DNA of 64,000 nt from Nitrososphaeria archaeon (lineage in GTDB: Archaea > Thermoproteota > Nitrososphaeria > JACIWG01): the NCBI GenBank assembly GCA_050011875.1, contig JBEKIG010000004.1, positions 1-64,000 of the forward strand, in the 5' to 3' direction. The number at the start of each line of letters is the position of its first letter. Within the stretch, counting starts at the first letter, position 1. This document shows, piece after piece, positions 51,524-58,427 of this stretch. The notes under the pieces were generated by a model that was given only the letters and a program-made list of their open reading frames with translations, made no database searches and had not been told where the DNA came from. The translations under genes and the position numbers were made by a program.

Positions 51524-52078
51524 CTACGTCAGCAATATACCCTCTATCGCTTTCATCCTTGCTTCCCACTTTTGCTTGAAGTCCACAATGGCAGCGTTGA
51601 CTTTCGACAGCCCGGTTTGGATCGAAGCAGGAGCTGAGGTGTCGTAAACGAGACTTGATGGAGAGGTAATCGCTAGGAGCTGCACCGCTGAACTTACAAA
51701 GTTGTAATCGTAATCATAAAGTTTGTTGAGCCTATCCTCGTTGATGCTTATCGTAGCAACGAAGCCGGAGTAGCCCTGCTGGGCGTGTCTCACCTCACCG
51801 CTCAGTTGCTGAACCTGCGAGATCAACGAACCAACCGATGTCAGATTCGTATAATCACCAGCAGTAACCATTTGCTTCCTCACATCCTCTAGGTTTCCCT
51901 TCGTTTGGTTGAGCTTGTCCGCTACCTGGTTGCGCAGGAGGTTGTCAGAGACGCGAAGATCCTCTAACGTCCTGTAGCCTTTGAGCCCTGGAACCAGTAG
52001 TTCAAGCTTCTTCTGAGGACCCCTACTTTCCTCAACCTGTTCTCTTATGTCTGGATTATCTTGTGACAATTTGATCAT
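51524..52078 (-). CDS. Helical/coiled-coil protein co-transcribed with the SPFH gene
   Basis: PGLKGY...DNLLR, GYSGF, LYDYD; 10-bp gap to the SPFH gene. Confidence 0.75.
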   Translation of the reverse strand: MIKLSQDNPDIREQVEESRGPQKKLELLVPGLKGYRTLEDLRVSDNLLRNQVADKLNQTKGNLEDVRKQMVTAGDYTNLTSVGSLISQVQQLSGEVRHAQQGYSGFVATISINEDRLNKLYDYDYNFVSSAVQLLAITSPSSLVYDTSAPASIQTGLSKVNAAIVDFKQKWEARMKAIEGILLT

Positions 52079-52341
52079 CTATAAACCTATTTCGAAAGTT
52101 TCAAAAGCTATAGCCTAGTATAAATATCTTTTGCTCATCCCCTTATAGTTATGCATTTGCATAGAAAATCTACCGATCAGTCCTACTCATGCCTTACCGC
52201 CAGCTCTGTTCAGTATCATAATAGCTTAGTGGGGTGGATGTCTTTGCTTGGCTCAGAAGATGCCAGAGAGCACTATCCTGATGCTAAGATCATCCTGCGG
52301 ATGCTAAAACCGGACAGGCAGTAGGAAGGAGAGCTACCTCG

Positions 52342-53406
52342 ATGGAGCGAAAAGGAGTCAGCTACGACGTAGGACGCGTGATGGGGTTCAATTGGCGCCC
52401 CGTCTTTGATCCAAAGATCGTCCATCGCGAGCTTGAAATCATCAAGGATGACCTGCACTGCAACGCTGTGAGGATCTGCGGCCGCGACATCGAACGGGCG
52501 ACCGCCTGCGCCCAAGCTGCGATGGAACAGGGACTGGAAGTCTGGCTCTCACCAGAGCTTTGGGACAAGAGCCCGCCGGCGACCCTTGAGTACATCACGA
52601 AGGCCGCATCCGCGGCAGAGACCCTACGAAAGCATTGGCCGGAGAGGATAGTGTTCAGCATCGGCTCCGAGCTGACACTCTTCATACAGGGGATTGTAGA
52701 AGGAAGAAACTTCACGGCCCGTCTGTCGAACCCTAGCCTTATTCCCCGCGTGAAGGCGGGCGAGCACAACAAGCCGCTAAACGACTTCCTGACCAAAGCG
52801 AACGCGGCCGTTAGATCTGTGTTTCACGGTAAAGTAACCTACGCTTCCTTGGTCTGGGAGGCGGTCGACTGGAACCTTTTCGACTACGTAGGAGTCGACC
52901 ATTACCGGACGACCAAGATTGAGGACAAGTACGTTGGGATGTTGAAACCTTCGTTCTCTCACGGGAAACCGGTGGTCATAACAGAGTTTGGCTACGCTAC
53001 GACCCACGGAGGCATAGGCGAGGAAGGCTTCTTGGGCTCGTCAGGCCTCGGTGGAAACATAATCGACCTGAAGTCGCAGTTCCTCCACTACAAAGTACCG
53101 GTCTTGGGTCAGTTCGTCCGACCACACCTCAACGGCGACCATGTTCGCGACGAGGCGTGGCAAGCTCACAAGCTCATCGAAACGTTGGGAATACTGGACA
53201 GTGCGGGGGTTGACGGAGCGTTCGTGTTCCAGTTTATTTCACAAATCACTCCCTACAGCGATGATCCTCATTACGACCTAGATATGGCGAGCTCCAGCTT
53301 GGTGAAATACTACGAGCACGGAAGACACGGCACAACCTATCCAGATATGACGTGGGAGCCTAAGGAGTCCTTCAGGGCCGTCGCCGACTATTACGCCAAT
53401 CATTAG
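52342..53406 (+). CDS. Glycoside-hydrolase-like TIM-barrel protein
   Basis: KGVSYDVG, DLHCNAVRI, GSEL, VITEFG, WEPK; GC-richer than its flanks. Confidence 0.8.
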   Translation: MERKGVSYDVGRVMGFNWRPVFDPKIVHRELEIIKDDLHCNAVRICGRDIERATACAQAAMEQGLEVWLSPELWDKSPPATLEYITKAASAAETLRKHWPERIVFSIGSELTLFIQGIVEGRNFTARLSNPSLIPRVKAGEHNKPLNDFLTKANAAVRSVFHGKVTYASLVWEAVDWNLFDYVGVDHYRTTKIEDKYVGMLKPSFSHGKPVVITEFGYATTHGGIGEEGFLGSSGLGGNIIDLKSQFLHYKVPVLGQFVRPHLNGDHVRDEAWQAHKLIETLGILDSAGVDGAFVFQFISQITPYSDDPHYDLDMASSSLVKYYEHGRHGTTYPDMTWEPKESFRAVADYYANH

Positions 53407-53697
53407 GAGTTGCTGATACTGCTTTGCAAAGGCCTCAATTCCCTGTGCGATTGAATCAGGAGACGGTGATTGGTGGCGTCTTCTAGATATCATCGCTGGA
53501 GTCCTTCGTCGGACAGGCTGTAGCGCAGTCAGCTTGAAAGGGAACTCAGTACAGCCTGATTTGCAACGCCATCAGCGATCTTGGTGTAACGTAACGGTTT
53601 GCTGGACGGTCAATAACGGTGGTGTTTCGGGTTACTATTGCTCCCCCGTGCACAATAGATGATAACATATCACGGCGCTCAACGAAAGGATTAGCGC

Positions 53698-54093
53698 CTA
53701 AATATTTAAAATACCTAAAAGGTCCACTTTAGACTCTTGCGATAATCTTTGAATAAGATCCGATAACTCCTTACCTTTTCTTTTCAGTTCCCTCTTGGAT
53801 ACAGTATACTTCATTGGGCAGATATCATCGACACTCATTCCTTTCCCTACCTGATAGATCACCGGATAAATGTAGCATCCCAGAGGCCTGTCCTTATAGA
53901 CCTTACAACTATGATTCTGGATATTATAGAAAAAACAGTGCCCATGATCATTCCGCAGACAAAAAAAACCTTGCCTATCACGAAATACGAACTTCTGACA
54001 ATCATAACCTAACCTTTCCAATCGTTTAACGTCTTCAAATGAGAGCATCATCTTGGTTTTCTGACAACATATACCGCAAAAGGAACATTTCAT
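53698..54093 (-). CDS. YkgJ family cysteine-cluster protein
   Basis: CSFCGICC, CFFY, CKVYKDRPLGCYIYP; start moved to ATG 54093. Confidence 0.88.
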   Translation of the reverse strand: MKCSFCGICCQKTKMMLSFEDVKRLERLGYDCQKFVFRDRQGFFCLRNDHGHCFFYNIQNHSCKVYKDRPLGCYIYPVIYQVGKGMSVDDICPMKYTVSKRELKRKGKELSDLIQRLSQESKVDLLGILNI

Positions 54094-54372
54094 AAAGTGA
54101 TTTAACCCCCCAACCTCCATATTTAACTTTTGAATTTCAGAGGCGGTTGTATCCATAAAATCCTTTTTTATAAATAAAATACAAGCTACTGATCCCATTT
54201 CCTAAGAAAATTTACTGCGTTTTTCTTGGAATGCAATCCCTAAACTAAATGATTTGAACATGGGATCTCTTATTTAGCCTTTAAAATATAAATATATGTT
54301 TGTCCAGTTACTAGACACATTACTTTCAAAAGAGGATAAAAAGATTAAGAAGGTATGAAAAACTAAAACTAG

Positions 54373-54801
54373 TTGATGGACATGAACGTTAAGCTGCAAA
54401 TATTCAAGATGAGAGAAGCAAGTGGAACTTCTTTGGCACAGCGCTATCGCTTTGCAGTAGTTGATCTGGACAGGCCTGAAAAGTATCCATCAAACTTTGT
54501 CTGCATGATGCCAGCTCAAATAGGCTCAGATAAGCATAGCGTTTTTGTTAAGCTTTTTGGAGACAAAAGCATAGAACTGGCCAGTCAACTGTTGACGGAT
54601 GCACTTGAGACTGAGACTGACCTTGAAACTAAAGCTGAAATTGGAAGAAGATTGAAGATAATTAAATCCCCTGATACCAATCAGGTCGAATGCAGTGTTT
54701 GCGGAAAACTGTTCAAACCTACACGAAGGAGAGGGTTCAGGCAGAAAATCTGTCCCGAATGTAAAAACAAAAGGTACGGCAACTATGGACAAAAGTCTTA
54801 A
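54373..54801 (+). CDS. Hypothetical protein with a C-terminal zinc finger
   Basis: YPSNFVC; CSVCGK...ICPEC. Confidence 0.78.
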   Translation: MMDMNVKLQIFKMREASGTSLAQRYRFAVVDLDRPEKYPSNFVCMMPAQIGSDKHSVFVKLFGDKSIELASQLLTDALETETDLETKAEIGRRLKIIKSPDTNQVECSVCGKLFKPTRRRGFRQKICPECKNKRYGNYGQKS

Positions 54802-54916
54802 TAATACTGCCTGCAAATTTTATTTTAAATGAGTATACTGATTAGAAAGGATTCAAACGAAAAGTGAAAGCGTAGTGCATGTTAGTCAGATGGTAATAAA
54901 TTACCAATTTTGATTC

Positions 54917-55111
54917 TTATATAAGATTTAACTCCTTAGCACATTGGAGACAGTGATATTTTCTTGGAGCACCTTTTGAGATGATTGTTTCACCTATGTT
55001 GAAATCTCTTTTACATTTGTAGCATCTTAGACCATATTCCTTCGCATAGTGACGATGTGAAAGCCTCGACATTATTGTTGCCGTTAATTTGATCTTTATA
55101 GTTCCTGTCAT
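54917..55111 (-). CDS. Small zinc-finger protein
   Basis: CYKC...YHCLQC in a 64-aa ORF with an upstream TATA-like sequence. Confidence 0.65.
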   Translation of the reverse strand: MTGTIKIKLTATIMSRLSHRHYAKEYGLRCYKCKRDFNIGETIISKGAPRKYHCLQCAKELNLI

Positions 55112-55581
55112 TTAGGTCAGAGATTTCGTGAAGAATGCTTTATCGCCGTACTTATACTTATAATGGTAGTTATATTTTTGTAGTTTTGCCATTACATTTT
55201 CTTTTTTTAGATACATCTTCCTGTTTTACGGAACAATTAATTTTGAATTCTGTTCCTTTAACCTTTTTAGAATTTTAACTTGTTATTGTTTTTTTAGTTG
55301 CAGAAAAGTTTAAACTACGTCAACGGCTCTTTTGATTCTTCGACTCCATCGCCTTTCTTGTCCAATTTTTTTGAGGAAAGCTTTGGCTTTCCCTGGACAA
55401 CTCCATACCCTAACAGAACCGGTTCTTATCTAGCAACCTCTTTGATCTGGATTACTCCATATTTATATTTCGAGGCTTCATCCTTTAATATCACCTTGAG
55501 TACCCTGTCCAAAGGACTTTCACCCTTAAGGTTCTCCAGCACCCAATAAAGCTGCCTTCCAGACATGTAATCGATTATGAT

Positions 55582-55656
55582 GGGCTCGTGGCTCAGTCTG
55601 GATAGAGTACAGGCCCTCTAAGCCTGGGGTCGTGGGTTCAAATCCCACCGGGCCCG
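55582..55656 (+). tRNA. tRNA-Arg(TCT), intronless, atypical C33
   Basis: Acceptor GGGCTCG/CGGGCCC, D arm GCTC/GAGT, anticodon arm CAGGC-CCTCTAA-GCCTG, T arm GTGGG-TTCAAAT-CCCAC, discriminator G. Confidence 0.9.
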
Positions 55657-55811
55657 AACCCAATTATTCTCTGTTAATTATTTACCAGTAAATTAATGCT
55701 AAAATCCCACATTAATTGGAAGCATTAGATGGCAAAGATCCAATAAAAATTGGGTCCGGTTCGCTCAATGCACTCACAAACTAACTAAGAAAGACTTTCC
55801 ATCTTTATAGA

Positions 55812-56130
55812 AACTTTACCTATTTTGTTAAGGTTTCCTTTACCTATTTTGTTAAGGAAAAAATGCTGAACAGACTTTGATAAATTCTGTTCAAACAGAT
55901 ATTTTTTAACAAAATTAGTGCTAACCGTCCGCTGACTTGCTCGAACAGATCCCCCTATGTTCAAATGATTATCACTTTGCTCTCATGCAGAGCGCATTTA
56001 ACTTGAGCAGATAAAAAAAGTTAGCGCTAAATATTTTTCCGAAAAATCAGTTGAACAGAACACAATTGCACACAAATGACCTGTTGTAAAACCTTAACAG
56101 ATCCGGTAAAGGTTATTTTAAAGTGAACTT
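55812..56130 (+). repeat. About 319-bp non-coding module, copy 1, with terminal inverted repeats
   Basis: Colinear with 56396-56714; CTTTACC..TGTTAAGG duplicated at the left end and inverted at the right end. Confidence 0.85.
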
Positions 56131-56395
56131 CAAAAAAATGCGTACATCAAAAATAGACAGAAAGAACTTCCGGCTACATGTTCGAGAAGAAGGAGCTATT
56201 CTGAAAAATTGATAAGGGGATCTGAAATAAAAAGCGACAGTACCTTACTTAGATCAAAGGGGCAATCATTTTACTAAACCTTTTTAGCGAACCCCCATAA
56301 GTTGGAGCCTTCTTCCAGTTAAAATCATAGCGATAGGTTTTTGCAAAACTTCCCCTAACGTCAAGCCGGGAACAGCATCTACCTACATTTAACAA

Positions 56396-56714
56396 ACCTT
56401 TACCGATTTTGTTAAGGTTTCCTTTACATATTTTGTCAATGAAAAATCCGCTGATAATCGTGGATAAAGTTTGCTCATGCAGATATTTTTTTGAACAATT
56501 AGCGCAGACGGTCTGCTGATTTGCTCGGACAGATCCCCCTGTGTATTATTTGTTATCATATTGCTCCCATGCAGGACGGTTTTAAGTTGAGCAAACAAAA
56601 ACTGTTTGTGCAAACTTTTTTGTCTAAAAATCAACTGAGCAAACTATTTTTGCACCTAGTTGATTGAACGTTGTGCATTAACAGATTTCGTAAAGGTTCT
56701 TTGATAGTGAACTT
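56396..56714 (+). repeat. About 319-bp non-coding module, copy 2
   Basis: Diverged direct repeat of 55812-56130; shares TTGCTCG.ACAGATCCCCCT, GTAAAGGTT and AGTGAACTT. Confidence 0.85.
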
Positions 56715-56780
56715 GTAACAAAAGGAATGTACGGCCCGTGAGACACTTTGTTTTGATCGACTAACTAGAATTTATGGGAA

Positions 56781-56832
56781 ATGTTCAAAAAGTGGGTTTA
56801 CGGTCATGACCACAGACATTAATTTTGAACAT
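56781..56832 (+). repeat. 52-bp dyad site A
   Basis: ATGTTCAAAA-N12-GTCATGAC-N12-TTTTGAACAT. Confidence 0.92.
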
Positions 56833-57076
56833 TATTGCCTAAAAGGAAGTTATAATTTAGTATCAATTTCTTCTCATTAATTGCGCCACTTACATCCACT
56901 ACACCTATTATAGAAGAGTTAAATTTCTTCCAAATATGCTTTGCCATATCAATAGACGAATGATAGGAAGGTGATTGCAACTACACCAAATATCAGGAAG
57001 AAAAAGAAAATACGACTAAACCAATTATCTGAGGAATTGGAAAACTCATGGTATTGTAGGTTAACTGGACCTTAAA

Positions 57077-57128
57077 ATGTTCAAAAATGGTGACTGCTGT
57101 CATGACCGGGGAAGCAGATTTTGAACAT
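57077..57128 (+). repeat. 52-bp dyad site B
   Basis: ATGTTCAAAA-N12-GTCATGAC-N12-TTTTGAACAT. Confidence 0.92.
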
Positions 57129-57182
57129 AGTTCTCCATTTTAGGTAAAGTTTCCATTTAGATCGTTAACTAACTAAGAAAAA

Positions 57183-57441
57183 AACCTTTACATATAGCGT
57201 AATAATTAATCATCAGAGGCCGTTTAGAATGTTCAAGCCGATCTCCAAACAGGAAAAACGCGCAGCCCTATTATAGCAGATTCCCCAATAAACCCCAGTA
57301 TTCCTTAGGAAAACAGGCATGTTCCTCTATATATAGCAAAAAATTTTTTTTCTGTTTGGTGAACAGACGTTTGAACATTTGAACTTAATTATTACGCTAA
57401 GAGTAAAAGTTAATTTAATTATTACACTACAAGTAAAAGTT
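57183..57441. repeat. Module bounded by 27-bp inverted repeats with a duplicated right end
   Basis: 57183-57209 is inverted relative to 57385-57411 (15 bp perfect); second right-end copy at 57415-57441. Confidence 0.8.
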
Positions 57442-57607
57442 AAACACTAACTAAGTGAACATGCAAAAGGAAGATAAGTCCAAAGAGGAAATGAAGCCCT
57501 ATGGTTCAGGGCTGATGGGCCGGCAGGTGAAGCGATCAAAGAGGAACGAGATAAACCTCCAACCCTCAAAGACAATGCCAGACAGCTAACTTATCACTAG
57601 ACTTTAA

Positions 57608-57658
57608 ATGTTCAAAATGGTGATTACTGTCATGACTGTGGATACAGATTTTGAACAA
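57608..57658 (+). repeat. 51-bp dyad site C
   Basis: ATGTTCAAAA-N11-GTCATGAC-N12-TTTTGAACA. Confidence 0.9.
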
Positions 57659-57881
57659 GACGACCTTAATGTAAAAAATAAGTTTTGTCCGTTATACAAT
57701 GATCTTAATGCTACAAGAAATGTTAAAAAAAATTAGAGTCAGACTTATAGTCGAACAATGTAGAATCCCATTTTAAAATAATAGAATCATTACTTAACTT
57801 CTATAGAATCTTCAATTGGAATATTAATCTAGTTCTCCGAGAATCAATCAAAACCTTTATTGCTTCAAATGCTTAAAAAAA

Positions 57882-58223
57882 TTATTGCGGGTTTGTACAG
57901 CCGTATATCAACCCTGTAAAAATTAAGCCGAAAGCGAATATGCCAAAAGCTAACAAATCAGTGTTTTCTGGTGGATCTACTACAAGACCTTTGTAGCATC
58001 TGCAGAACTCCTTCTGTTTAACGTTTTTTGGTGGGGTCATCCACTTGTTTGTCTCTTCTAAATCTCTGTACACGTAGACTTGCACAGTTCGGGGGTCTAA
58101 ATTGCATACTTCACCCACTTGATTGATAGTGTATTCCTTATCTTTCTCTAAACTTCCTTCTAAACATTTTACGAATTTCTTTATTGGTGGTTCATAAGGT
58201 CCTCTTGACATCATTGAATTCAC
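57882..58223 (-). CDS. Small HTH-like protein with a C-terminal TM helix
   Basis: YTINQVGEVCNLDPRTVQVY; LLAFGIFAFGLIFTGLIYG; upstream TTTA-type TATA. Confidence 0.65.
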   Translation of the reverse strand: MNSMMSRGPYEPPIKKFVKCLEGSLEKDKEYTINQVGEVCNLDPRTVQVYVYRDLEETNKWMTPPKNVKQKEFCRCYKGLVVDPPENTDLLAFGIFAFGLIFTGLIYGCTNPQ

Positions 58224-58375
58224 ACCTAGGTGTAATTTTGTAAATATAATTTAAACTTTTCCTAAGGGCATGTACAGCAATAATATAAACTCCATAATAT
58301 CTTTGGGTTCCGAAAGTAAAACGAACGATAGTGATTCTACTTCACTACCTTTTACTCGAAGGACTTTTGGAAATT

Positions 58376-58427
58376 ATGTTAAGAAAAGGAGAGTGTCGTC
58401 ATGACCGCAGGCAACGATTTTGAACAT
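58376..58427 (+). repeat. 52-bp dyad site D overlapping the topoisomerase start codon
   Basis: ATGTTAAGAA-N12-GTCATGAC-N12-TTTTGAACAT; central ATG = 58401. Confidence 0.88.

Noticed and set aside
55315-55566. Minus-strand 84-codon frame with an internal TAA next to the tRNA (split integrase?)
   Set aside because: No tyrosine-recombinase motifs; at most an unidentifiable remnant
55610-55626. Amber-suppressor/Pyl reading (CTA) of the tRNA loop
   Set aside because: The perfect 5-bp stem CAGGC/GCCTG fixes a 7-nt loop centred on TCT; the body is Arg-like, not tRNA-Pyl-like
56389-56634. 81-aa ORF inside repeat copy 2
   Set aside because: The homologous frame in copy 1 contains multiple stops and the protein has no motif; treated as spurious
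56781-58427. 52-bp repeats as a CRISPR array or integron attC sites
   Set aside because: Gaps are 244, 479 and 717 bp, the repeat interiors vary, there are no cas genes, and the RYYYAAC/GTTRRRY ends of attC are absent
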